A stretch of DNA of 64,000 bases from contig JAIRWT010000008.1 in the NCBI GenBank assembly GCA_031268795.1, forward strand, positions 2,487 to 66,486, read 5' to 3'. The position numbers were made by a program, and so were the translations under genes. Under the pieces are notes generated by a model. The model saw only the letters and a program-made list of their open reading frames with translations. It did not search any database and was not told the DNA's origin. The stretch's first letter is position 1, and every line of letters begins with the position of its first letter. This stretch comes from Puniceicoccales bacterium (GTDB taxonomy: Bacteria > Verrucomicrobiota > Verrucomicrobiia > Opitutales > JAIRLM01). Below, piece by piece: positions 37,002 through 46,390 of this stretch.

Positions 37002-37155
37002 GCAACAATGAGCGCCTATCATTCGTTTGGTTGTTTCTTTTCCCGAATTTAAATTCGATGCTTCTTCAAAATAGCAAAATTAATGACTTCATCATTTGGC
37101 GGGCGAATAAACTTTGGGATTGCCATAATCGCTTGGTGTGCCGTAAACGTTCGGG

Positions 37156-38478
37156 ATGTTGTCCCTCCGCGAGATACTTGTAACCATCAACAACTTGCTC
37201 TGGGGACCGCCATTGATCCTCATCCTCGGCGGAATGGGGTTATATTTCACCGTGAAACTTCGTTTGTTGCAGATAATTCGCTTTCCACGCGCCCTATCCT
37301 TCGTTTTTCGCGGCGATGATGGGCACGGGGACGTGTCCCACTTTGCATCTCTCTGCACGGCACTTTCCGCAACCATTGGCACCGGAAGCGTTGTCGGGGT
37401 GTCAACGGCTATCGTTGCAGGTGGGCCCGGTGCACTTTTTTGGATGTGGATCATGGCGTTTTTAGGCATGGCCACCAAGTACGCGGAAGGATTTTTAGCA
37501 ATTAAATTTCGCCGGATTGGCGAGGATGGAAAAATCGCCGGCGGCCCAATGCACTACATTGAAATGGGAACTGGCATCCGCTGGTTGGCCAAGATTTTTG
37601 CAATTTGCGGCATCCTCGCCGCTTTGCTTGGTATGGGAACTTTCGCCCAGGTAAACTCAATTACTATGGCGGTTGGTAACTTTGGCGTTTCTAAATTTGC
37701 AGCGGCTATTCCGCTCACATTGTTGGTGGCCGTTATTATTTGCGGCGGCATCCGTCGCATTTCGCTTTTATCGGGCTTGGTGGTCCCGTTCATGTGTGCA
37801 TTTCATGTCATAGCATCCCTGGTCATCCTAGGCATTCATTTCCGAGATATCCTTCCATGCCTTGGTCTCATTGTTCGTGGAGCTTTTCGCCCACGATCGA
37901 TTTTTGGCGGATCACTCGGTGTAGGACTATTCACGGTCATGCAAATGGGCGTTAGCCGCGGGACATATGCCACGGAAGCCGGCTGGGGTAGTGCCGCCAT
38001 TGCTGCAGCCGCAGCAAAAACAAATGCTCCACAACGGCAAGGACTGGTATGTATGACCGGTGTATTCTTTTCCACCATCGTCTGCACAATGACCGGATTA
38101 GTAGTAATTATCACCCGAGAACAAACAAATTTATTTCAGACGTCATTGGAGGGCATCGCCCTGATTTCACAAGCATTCAGTGCGAATATTGGCATCGCCG
38201 GACGCTATGTGGTAAATTTTGGACTTATTTTTTTCGCATTTACCACAATCATTGGCTGGAATTATTATGGGGAGAAGTGCTTCCAATATCTATTTGGATT
38301 GGAGTGGCTCACATTTTATCGAATCGTATTCATCGCCATGATCGCACTTGGCCCATTGCTGCGGCTGGATACAATATTTATTATTTCCGATATTTGCAGC
38401 GGTCTGATGGTTGTCCCAAATCTTATCGGTTTGTTCCTGCTGCGAAAACTGATCATTCGCGAATCGACGCCCATTTGA
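37156..38478 (+). CDS. agcS: Sodium:alanine (AGCS family) symporter
   Basis: INNLLWGPPLILILGGMGLYFT, LSATIGTGSVVGVSTAIVAGGPGALFWMW, GMATKYAE. Confidence 0.85.
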   Translation: MLSLREILVTINNLLWGPPLILILGGMGLYFTVKLRLLQIIRFPRALSFVFRGDDGHGDVSHFASLCTALSATIGTGSVVGVSTAIVAGGPGALFWMWIMAFLGMATKYAEGFLAIKFRRIGEDGKIAGGPMHYIEMGTGIRWLAKIFAICGILAALLGMGTFAQVNSITMAVGNFGVSKFAAAIPLTLLVAVIICGGIRRISLLSGLVVPFMCAFHVIASLVILGIHFRDILPCLGLIVRGAFRPRSIFGGSLGVGLFTVMQMGVSRGTYATEAGWGSAAIAAAAAKTNAPQRQGLVCMTGVFFSTIVCTMTGLVVIITREQTNLFQTSLEGIALISQAFSANIGIAGRYVVNFGLIFFAFTTIIGWNYYGEKCFQYLFGLEWLTFYRIVFIAMIALGPLLRLDTIFIISDICSGLMVVPNLIGLFLLRKLIIRESTPI

Positions 38479-38506
38479 TGCTGCATCCCGGAAGTAAACA
38501 TTGTTC

Positions 38507-39145
38507 TTATGTTACGGCATAGTTGGCAAGGCAGGCCCCCAGGACGGTAATTTTGGCGGTTCCAAAAGTGAATTCATTGGCCACACTTTCATTGCCTCCG
38601 AGGCAAATTAAAAAGTTTTCCATTTCATATTTTAGTCCCTTCGATGAGATGATTGCTCTTGGCATGCCAAAAAATCCACAGTAACTACCAGCCGGGGCAA
38701 CCAGCTCCCTCGTTTCATCGAATAAACACTCGATGTACTGCAACCCATCGCAGATAACCATGCGCAATCCGCGACGTGCATATTTTTTTAGAAAGAAAAT
38801 ATTTGCCAATTCATGATCCATGCGCCCACCAAGAGCATTCAAAATTACTATATCCGCAGCTTCGCATGAGATGGCAAATTGAATGGCCTTTTCCAAATCT
38901 GTGTAATTCTGATCTCCTTGATGCAAACATTGAACGCCCATTTGCTTCCACCGCTTTGGCAATTGTGGAGTCACGGAATCAAAATCCCCCATAAGAATGT
39001 CGGGGAATAAATGATTTTTTTCTAGGGCATTTGCAGCACCGTCCAGCGCAATAGTTTGACGATTCAGCATCCAATGGTGTAAATCAGGCACTTTAGCCTC
39101 ACCATTTGCAATGATAAGCCAATGGTTTGCCACAACATTTTCCAT
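38507..39145 (-). CDS. thiN: Thiamine pyrophosphokinase
   Basis: 212 aa. ALDGAANAL...PDILMGDFDS and DQNYTDLEKA match the TPK catalytic-domain pattern. C-terminal beta-sandwich region present. Confidence 0.65.
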   Translation of the reverse strand: MENVVANHWLIIANGEAKVPDLHHWMLNRQTIALDGAANALEKNHLFPDILMGDFDSVTPQLPKRWKQMGVQCLHQGDQNYTDLEKAIQFAISCEAADIVILNALGGRMDHELANIFFLKKYARRGLRMVICDGLQYIECLFDETRELVAPAGSYCGFFGMPRAIISSKGLKYEMENFLICLGGNESVANEFTFGTAKITVLGACLANYAVT

Positions 39146-39229
39146 CGAATTGAAGCTGACAATCGCAAGCGTGCGAGCGAGGACAAAACATGCGCAAGCA
39201 AATCAAAACTTTCATTTCACCTGTAGTTT

Positions 39230-39604
39230 TTAAATCACGCGGCGAATTGCATCCACATGTTTCCGCGGGAGAGAGCTAACGAGGCTAAGAATTGATTTCG
39301 TTAATTCGTCCGGGGCAAAATTGGCCGTTTTCAGCAGGTATAGTTCCAGCGCGCTGCGATGAATTTGATAGGATTTTCTCCGATCGCCGCGGGCGTATAG
39401 CGCATGCCCCAAAATTCGACCATTTTCCAGGAGATCGCGTACAAATTGACCAGTTCGGTTGAGAATGGCTGCCACCTCCTTTGGGGTAAACCAGGCTTGT
39501 CTGGGATCGGTTTTAGCCACCAGATCCAAAATGGAGGCGGATGCCCCATCGGCGAAAACGACTCCCCCGTGCTCATTCTGGTATTCATTTGCATTATCAT
39601 TCAT
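39230..39604 (-). CDS. Small helix-turn-helix (excisionase/MerR-like) DNA-binding protein
   Basis: WFTPKEVAAILNRTGQFVRDLLENGRILG resembles HTH_17-type domains. Start chosen at MNDNANE. Confidence 0.45.
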   Translation of the reverse strand: MNDNANEYQNEHGGVVFADGASASILDLVAKTDPRQAWFTPKEVAAILNRTGQFVRDLLENGRILGHALYARGDRRKSYQIHRSALELYLLKTANFAPDELTKSILSLVSSLPRKHVDAIRRVI

Positions 39605-39673
39605 TATCGCAACTCTGCCCCACAAAATAAAAGAAAGCTTTCGCTACCGTTTCCATCGTCTAATGCTGCGCCG

Positions 39674-39940
39674 ATGGACGCAATTATCGAAGTCATTGTG
39701 ACCCCGAATGCATCACAAAGTTGTATTATGCCATTCACGCAATTTCCTTTGCATGTACGACTCAAGGCATCGCCCCAAGAGGGTAAGGCAAACGATGAGC
39801 TTATAAAAATTTTGTCAAAAAAACTCTCCATTCCTCAGCGAAACTTCAATATTTTCGCGGGAAAAGCATCACGTCGGAAGCGAATCAAAATCGCTGGAAC
39901 CAACATCACCAACATTGAAATTCAGCTTCGAGCACAATAA
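39674..39940 (+). CDS. DUF167/YggU family protein
   Basis: VTPNASQS...HVRLKASPQEGKANDELIKILSKKLSIPQRNFNIFAGKASRRKRIKI matches the YggU pattern. Start at ATG 39674. Confidence 0.75.
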   Translation: MDAIIEVIVTPNASQSCIMPFTQFPLHVRLKASPQEGKANDELIKILSKKLSIPQRNFNIFAGKASRRKRIKIAGTNITNIEIQLRAQ

Positions 39941-40010
39941 AAAAATGATGCAGAACATCGACAATAATACTATGTTTTAAAATAAAGAATATGCGCACGA
40001 GACAGGAGCT

Positions 40011-40757
40011 TTACTTTCTGTTTTGTAATGCGATAAACTCTTCTTTGTCATGCTTTTGCTGCCAGCGAGCTCTACTGCGATACTGGTCATTTGACTCACG
40101 CTGATCCTCAAGCGCTTGATTTTGTCTTTCGGCTTCCCGCCTCCGATTCCGCAATTGCAATTCGGCAAGCATTTGCTGAGACAATGCTACCGCGTGATCT
40201 GATTCGGAGGCACTGAAAGTTCCTGGCAGGGGCATCGCCGGCAGTAATTTACTACGGCTTCGATCAAAACTGGCGCCTTCTAGCCGCGTGACGGCTTCAT
40301 TGATTTCTGCCGCAAGCTCGCGAATTATAGCATTGTCTCCCTCCGCTGCAATCTCAGCGACAAATGCCCTAACGGTATCGGCTTGTTTTGGCGCAATACC
40401 AGTCTCTGCGTTGCGAACGCCATTTAGGATGGCAAGTAAAACATGCCTGCGCTCATCCAGCGTATGCGACCCGAGCGCTTGAAATACGGCGTGCACCCCC
40501 GTAAAAAGATTCATAAATGTATTAAAATCGAGTTGTCCCCAATCTCCAATGAGCGCGAAAAACTCATTTCTATCTTTCGTGTTGCGAAAGTTACCCAAAT
40601 GGCGCTGCGCATCCGTCACATTTCCTGATGCTTCGTTCATGACACTTGCCAGATCTAATATAAGGCCAGTCAACCCTCCGGATGAAAAACCAACCGCATG
40701 AAGTTTTGCCACATCGGTTGTATGCGCCGAGGGAATAATACTAACAGAATTTGACAT
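40011..40757 (-). CDS. Hypothetical 248-aa protein with a charged C-terminal coiled coil
   Basis: Clean ORF. Ser-rich N-terminus MSNSVSIIPSAHTT. C-terminal LRNRRREAERQNQALEDQRESNDQYRSRARWQQKHDKEE. Confidence 0.55.
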   Translation of the reverse strand: MSNSVSIIPSAHTTDVAKLHAVGFSSGGLTGLILDLASVMNEASGNVTDAQRHLGNFRNTKDRNEFFALIGDWGQLDFNTFMNLFTGVHAVFQALGSHTLDERRHVLLAILNGVRNAETGIAPKQADTVRAFVAEIAAEGDNAIIRELAAEINEAVTRLEGASFDRSRSKLLPAMPLPGTFSASESDHAVALSQQMLAELQLRNRRREAERQNQALEDQRESNDQYRSRARWQQKHDKEEFIALQNRK

Positions 40758-40871
40758 AAGATTCTCCTATTGACCAAGAAACTTGCTAAATTTCGTGTCA
40801 AAGTCAAGACTCTTTCTTCAAAAAATATGGCATTTGGGCGGACCATTGGCATATGCTCCGGACGTTGATCT

Positions 40872-42638
40872 ATGAGAAGTGGTTTTTGGGATTATCTGTG
40901 GCAATTAATTCGCCCGCATGCGTGGCTTCTTTTGATCGGCATCCTACTAACCATCCCCGTTGGCGCCATGGAAGCCGCCATTGCCGCCTTTTTTCGCCCA
41001 TACGTGGATCACGTAATTCTTGGAATGGATACACTTGTTTCCGCGCTCATTCCCGTTCTCATCGTAGCATTCACTGGACTCCAAAGCGCGCTCACCTTTT
41101 TAACATCCCACATAAATGCATTGGTTGGCAATCGCGCGGCGGCGGCGGTCAAAAGACAACTCTTCCATAAGCTCTTAACGATGGATGCCGCTTTTTTTGA
41201 CGGCATGGATACTGGAAAAATCTTCATGCGTTTTGGCCATGATGCCGATGTGGCGCTCACAAATTTAATTAATAACGGAAAATTCTTCCTCATTCGATTT
41301 TTTTCGTCCGCCGGACTAGCCGGCGTGCTTATCTACAATTCGCCAGCCCTAGCGGCAATTGCCCTGCTTGTCGGCGCAATTGCATTTTTCCCCCTGCGAA
41401 TGGTCCGGAAGAAGATCCGCACAATGACTACGAAAAATGAATATTCTGGGGCGGCGGCGACGGTTTTTTACAATGAAACCGCATTGGGCAATCGCACGCT
41501 TATCGCCTATGGGCTGCAACAATACCAGGAAACTCGTTTCAATCAACTTATGGATGACATGTTATGTGTATCCACGCGTGTTTCAAGCCATTCCAACTGG
41601 ATTTCCCCGGCTATGCATTTCATCGTCTCCATTGGCCTGGCCCTCGTCCTCGCATTCGGCGGTTGGCTGGTTTCAAGCGGGCACATGACCGGTGGAAGCT
41701 TTGTATCCTTCATTGCCGCTCTTCTCCTGCTTTATACGCCCTTTAAGGGCATCGGGAATAATCTGACGGCTATTCAGGGGGCATTGCTGGCCATCGAGCG
41801 CATTCAAGAAATCATGGCCTTTGCGCCTAAAATTCCAAATATTCTGGTTGAAAGTGCCAAATCGTTGAAAATTGCCTCGGAAATCCGATTTCGCAATGTG
41901 CATTTCGCTTACAGACCTAAGCAGCCAGTTTTGAGCGGAATAAACTTTACCATTCCCGCAGGAAAAACCGTAGGAATCGTTGGAAATTCGGGGACTGGAA
42001 AATCTTCCCTCGTCCATCTGTTGGCACGAGTTTATGATGTCACCGGTGGAAGCATTGAAATCGACGGGGTTGATATACGCAAAATTTCTCTAGTCGATCT
42101 GCGCCGGAGTATGGCTTTAGTTTTTCAGGATAGTTTTTTATTTTCCGGAACCATTCGCGAAAATATACTCCTTGGCAATTTGAATGCTTCAGAGGAAGCA
42201 CTTCAGCGAGCAATATGCGCCGCCTATCTGCAAGAATTCATCGAAACCCTGCCGGACCAACTGGATACACAGGTTGGCGAACGAGGCATGTTGCTATCGG
42301 GGGGGCAAAAGCAGCGCATTGCCATCGCCCGAGCAATTCTTCGCGATGCGCCCATTGTTATCCTCGATGAAGCCACAAGTGCCCTCGACAACCAATCGGA
42401 GGCCATTGTGCAGAAGGCTTTGGATAATCTGATGAGGCACAAGACCGTTCTCATCGTCGCCCATCGGCTATCTACCATCGGCAAGGCGGACTTTATCGTC
42501 GCACTCGACGGAGGGCAAATAGTAGAGTCCGGAACGGAAGATGAATTGCTTCGAATGCCAAATGGTATCTACGCGCAATTCCACCGGGCGCAATTTACAG
42601 CAAAAAAAAAGCAACTGAGATGCGAATCTCAAAAGTAA
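40872..42638 (+). CDS. ABC exporter, fused TMD-NBD (MsbA/lipid A export-like)
   Basis: 6-TM domain followed by an NBD. Walker A GNSGTGKSS, signature LSGGQKQR, Walker B IVILDEATSALD, H-loop VAHRLS. The last 6 codons lie inside repeat copy C. Confidence 0.88.
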   Translation: MRSGFWDYLWQLIRPHAWLLLIGILLTIPVGAMEAAIAAFFRPYVDHVILGMDTLVSALIPVLIVAFTGLQSALTFLTSHINALVGNRAAAAVKRQLFHKLLTMDAAFFDGMDTGKIFMRFGHDADVALTNLINNGKFFLIRFFSSAGLAGVLIYNSPALAAIALLVGAIAFFPLRMVRKKIRTMTTKNEYSGAAATVFYNETALGNRTLIAYGLQQYQETRFNQLMDDMLCVSTRVSSHSNWISPAMHFIVSIGLALVLAFGGWLVSSGHMTGGSFVSFIAALLLLYTPFKGIGNNLTAIQGALLAIERIQEIMAFAPKIPNILVESAKSLKIASEIRFRNVHFAYRPKQPVLSGINFTIPAGKTVGIVGNSGTGKSSLVHLLARVYDVTGGSIEIDGVDIRKISLVDLRRSMALVFQDSFLFSGTIRENILLGNLNASEEALQRAICAAYLQEFIETLPDQLDTQVGERGMLLSGGQKQRIAIARAILRDAPIVILDEATSALDNQSEAIVQKALDNLMRHKTVLIVAHRLSTIGKADFIVALDGGQIVESGTEDELLRMPNGIYAQFHRAQFTAKKKQLRCESQK

Positions 42639-42657
42639 TTTGTGAAAAATTTCATTC
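42620..42657 (+). repeat. Intergenic repeat family, copy C (left end only, about 38 bp)
   Basis: ATGCGAATCTCAAAAGTAATTTGTGAAAAATTTCATT, versus copy A ATGCGAATCTCAAAAGTTATGTGAAAAAATTTGAATT. Confidence 0.7.
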
Positions 42658-42735
42658 TCCCCCGGCATGAAATTGAAAGCGCGAAGGAATTTTTGCAACT
42701 CACGTTTGTTTTTCAATGTACAAAAGTGAGTATGG

Positions 42736-44097
42736 CTACGATTTTTTTTGTAACCGATATCCATTTGCGGTGTCCTCGACGATCCAGCCGAATTCTTCTA
42801 ATTGCTCTCGTAGGAAATCCGCCTGGGCAAAATTTCTATCCCTCCGAGCCGCAAGCCGTTCCTGTGCCAAATGTTCAATTTCTTGGGGAATATTTGCGAT
42901 TTCCGATTGAATGCCGAAGGCAAACATCAGCCTTTTCCACTCCGCCAGCTCTTCCACCGCTTGCTTTTGGGATGGCTGGTCCAGTTCGCGTTGGCGCACA
43001 TGGCTAAATATTCTGCCCAATGCCTCGGGAACGTTCAAATCATCACAAAGGGCCTCCCATGCGGGGGACAGCAAATGAAATCTGGAGGCCATGGGAACCT
43101 CAATTTCCGCAAATTTCTGCAGATTTTGGCCGAATCGCTCTAGTTTTTGTAGAATTTTTCGTGCGGTATGAAGAGATTCTCCGGTAAAATTGAGCGGTTG
43201 TCGGTAGTGTCCGGCGAGTAATGCATGGCGCAATTCCGTTGGGATATAACCCATTCGAGCAACGTCGGCGAGTGTGTGCAAATTGCCTAAGCTCTTGGAC
43301 ATTTTTTCCCCGTTCACGCAGAGGTGCGCCACGTGAAACCAATGGCGAGCAAATGGTTGCCCGGTTGCCGCCTCACTTTGGGCAATTTCGTTCTCGTGGT
43401 GAGGAAAGCAGAGGTCAATTCCTCCACCGTGGATGCCAAAATTATTGCTCAAATACTTTAGTGCCATGGCACTGCATTCGATGTGCCACCCGGGCCGACC
43501 GCGTCCGAATGGACTGTCCCAACAAACAGATCCGTCCGTTTGCTTAAATGCCTTCCAGAGGGCGAAATCTTCCGCGGCGTCTTTCCCGTTGGACGCCTCC
43601 GCATCATTGAGTAACTCCCTTCCATCGAGTTTGGAGAGTCGGCCGTAATTTTTCCATGCGGAGATATCGAAATAGACCGATCCTTCGCGGGCATAGGCAA
43701 ATTTCTTGTCAATGAGTTTTTGAATAAGGGTCATTTGTTCATTTATATGCCCAACGGCATGTGGTTCGCAATCCGGCGGAAGGAGGTTTAACGCCTTACA
43801 ATCGGTGTGAAAAACATTCTCCCAGTGGTATGTGAATTCATGCAGTGGAATGCCGTTTTGATGTGCCCCGACGATTGTCTTATCGTCCACATCCGTGATA
43901 TTGCGCACATAAAAAGGATTATATCCTGCCAACTTTAGGACGCGATACAGGAGATCCGCCGCTAAAAAAGTGCGAAAATTTCCGATGTGGGCAAAATTAT
44001 AAACTGTTGGGCCGCAACAATAAAATCCAAACCTTTCCCCGTAGGGCTCCAGAAATTTCAAGCGGCGGGACAGGGTGTCATAGAGCCTAACGCGCAT
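42736..44097 (-). CDS. cysS: Cysteinyl-tRNA synthetase
   Basis: CGPTVYNFAHIGNFR (HIGH), KMSKSLGN (KMSKS), GWHIECS. Confidence 0.95.
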   Translation of the reverse strand: MRVRLYDTLSRRLKFLEPYGERFGFYCCGPTVYNFAHIGNFRTFLAADLLYRVLKLAGYNPFYVRNITDVDDKTIVGAHQNGIPLHEFTYHWENVFHTDCKALNLLPPDCEPHAVGHINEQMTLIQKLIDKKFAYAREGSVYFDISAWKNYGRLSKLDGRELLNDAEASNGKDAAEDFALWKAFKQTDGSVCWDSPFGRGRPGWHIECSAMALKYLSNNFGIHGGGIDLCFPHHENEIAQSEAATGQPFARHWFHVAHLCVNGEKMSKSLGNLHTLADVARMGYIPTELRHALLAGHYRQPLNFTGESLHTARKILQKLERFGQNLQKFAEIEVPMASRFHLLSPAWEALCDDLNVPEALGRIFSHVRQRELDQPSQKQAVEELAEWKRLMFAFGIQSEIANIPQEIEHLAQERLAARRDRNFAQADFLREQLEEFGWIVEDTANGYRLQKKS

Positions 44098-44107
44098 TTG
44101 ATCTTCC

Positions 44108-46309
44108 CTAGACGTCTGCCGTTGGCGGACAAGTCAATTCATTCGTGCACTTGGAAAACTGTGGAAAATGTGCCGCCTTGCGTTGCTTGTATTCGCTCTG
44201 TTTGCCGTCATTCCATTGTTGAACCGGACGCAAATATCCAACCACGCGGGAATAGATTTCACATGTCGCATCGCAGTGTGGGCACCTGTCCCGCTCGCCT
44301 GCCAAATAGCCGTGGGCTGGACAAACTGAAAATGTCGGTGTCAGCGAAAAATAAGGTAATTTGTAGCCGGATGTAATTTTGCGGATAAGATTTTTTACCA
44401 CGGATAGATCCGAAATACACTCTCCAAGGAAAAGGTGCACCACGGTGCCACCGGTGAATTTTGTCTGCAACTCATCCTGGTGGTCCAATACTTCAAAAAT
44501 GTCGTCGGAGGCATTTACGGGAACGTGGACCGAGTTGGTATAATAAGGCGCGGCATTCCGTTCCCGGTTATTAATATCGTTGGCAACGAGAATATCCGGA
44601 TATTTTATCCGATCCTTCCGGGCTAGGCGGAAGGACGTTCCTTCCGCCGGAGTGGCTTCCAAATTGTAGTGGTTCCCCGTTGCCTTCTGATAACCAAGAA
44701 TTCGCTGGCGCATAAAATCTAAAACGCGAACGGCAAATGCCTTGCCCAATTTCCCGCAAATGTTTTCCCCCAGCAGGTTTGTGCAAGCTTCATTCATTCC
44801 AATGAGACCGATGGTGGAAAAATGATTTTTCCAATAGGCACCAAGCCGAGCGTGGATGTGATCCAAGTAAAACGTCGTATAAGGGTAAAGATTTGACTCG
44901 GTGAGCTCCTCCAGGCGGCGGCGCTTAATCTCTAAGCTATCCTTTGCAATATCCATAAGGCCCGCAAGCTGCCCGAGAAAATCTTCCTCATCTTTGGCCA
45001 GATGGGCCAGTCGGGGCAAGTTAAGCGTAACAACGCCCACGCTTCCCGTTAGTGGGTTTGCACCGAACAGGCCGCCACCGCGCCGCTCCAATTGAGTGTT
45101 ATCGATGCGTAGACGGCAACACATGGACCGACAATCTTCCGGGGACATGTCTGAATTCACAAAATTTGAGAAATAGGGAATTCCGTACTTTCCGGTCATT
45201 TCCCAGAGGCCAAGAAGATTTGGATTATCCCAATCGAAATCCTTTGTAATGTTTATCGTCGGAATTGGGAAAGTGAGTACGCGACCCTTTGCATCCCCGG
45301 CGATCAGCACCTCGAAAAGTGCGCGGTTAAAAACGTCCATCTCCTTTTGGAAATCTACGTAGGGCCTATCCTGTGGTTTGCCGCCGATAATCACCGGCTC
45401 ATTCGCCAAATGTTTTGGACAAAATAGATCGAGGGTAATGTTGGTGAATGGCGTCTGAAATCCGACTCGCGTGGGCACGTTCACATTAAAAACAAACTCC
45501 TGCAGCGCCTGCTTGACGGCACCGAAATCCAATCGATCATAGCGGATGAAAGGTGCCAAGAGCGTATCAAAGTTCGAAAATGCCTGCGCTCCGGCGGCTT
45601 CCCCCTGGAGCGTGTAAAAAAAATTAACAATTTGACCCAATGCTGTCCGCAAGTGTCGGGGCGGGGCTGCTTCCAACTTTCCGGCCACGCCGCAGAATCC
45701 CCGCTGTAGCAAATCTCCTAGGTCCCAACCCACGCAGTAGACGGAAATTTGCCCCAAGTCGTGGATGTGCATGGCTCCGGATTGGTGCGCCTCACGGATG
45801 CATTCGTCGTAAACCTCGTAAAGCCAGTAATTTTGGCTCATTGTTCCCGACAGGTAGTGATTCAGTCCTTGGAGGGAGTAGGTCATGTTGCTGTTTTCCC
45901 TCACCTTCCAATCGGCACGGGACAGATATTCATTAACCCTTTGGACATCAGCCGCGTGTGTGATTTCCGATTTTCTAATTTCCCGATCTCTGGCAACAAT
46001 GAATGTGCGGGCGGTCAGATGATATGGAGAGCGGATAAGCACGTCTTCTATAATCTCCATGGTTTTTTGATCCACATTTTCCAGCGATTCAGCGTTTTTA
46101 AGACGCTCGGCAACTACGGAATTTGCCAGATGCCGTGCCTCTACTTCTGTGTATTCGCCAGTCATTTTTCCGCAATCGGCGATAATGGCAAAAATTCGCT
46201 CGCGGGCACAGGTGTTTGTCCGGACGGCTCCGATGGGAGAAAGGGATTCAAAATTTTTCAACGCTTTCATACTAATCCTGGTGGTCGAGGCAATGAAACA
46301 GTAGCACAT
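44108..46309 (-). CDS. nrdD: Anaerobic ribonucleoside-triphosphate reductase (class III)
   Basis: The C-terminal Cys cluster CPAHGY...CPHCDATC and the glycyl-radical motif SRVVGYLRPV..WN.GK are typical of NrdD. The start may be the internal Met at 46270. Confidence 0.88.
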   Translation of the reverse strand: MCYCFIASTTRISMKALKNFESLSPIGAVRTNTCARERIFAIIADCGKMTGEYTEVEARHLANSVVAERLKNAESLENVDQKTMEIIEDVLIRSPYHLTARTFIVARDREIRKSEITHAADVQRVNEYLSRADWKVRENSNMTYSLQGLNHYLSGTMSQNYWLYEVYDECIREAHQSGAMHIHDLGQISVYCVGWDLGDLLQRGFCGVAGKLEAAPPRHLRTALGQIVNFFYTLQGEAAGAQAFSNFDTLLAPFIRYDRLDFGAVKQALQEFVFNVNVPTRVGFQTPFTNITLDLFCPKHLANEPVIIGGKPQDRPYVDFQKEMDVFNRALFEVLIAGDAKGRVLTFPIPTINITKDFDWDNPNLLGLWEMTGKYGIPYFSNFVNSDMSPEDCRSMCCRLRIDNTQLERRGGGLFGANPLTGSVGVVTLNLPRLAHLAKDEEDFLGQLAGLMDIAKDSLEIKRRRLEELTESNLYPYTTFYLDHIHARLGAYWKNHFSTIGLIGMNEACTNLLGENICGKLGKAFAVRVLDFMRQRILGYQKATGNHYNLEATPAEGTSFRLARKDRIKYPDILVANDINNRERNAAPYYTNSVHVPVNASDDIFEVLDHQDELQTKFTGGTVVHLFLGECISDLSVVKNLIRKITSGYKLPYFSLTPTFSVCPAHGYLAGERDRCPHCDATCEIYSRVVGYLRPVQQWNDGKQSEYKQRKAAHFPQFSKCTNELTCPPTADV

Positions 46310-46390
46310 TTAGGATGCAAGAAGATTTTTGGCGCCATTGCGGCCAAATCATCCGGCAAAATTTGCCAAATTTACTTTTGAAAATGTGAA

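Noticed and set aside
37002-37155. Possible glycine or amino-acid riboswitch ahead of the alanine/sodium symporter
   Set aside because: I could not find the conserved glycine-riboswitch core (GGAGAG...CACCG...) or any convincing structure. Only a covariance-model scan could settle it.
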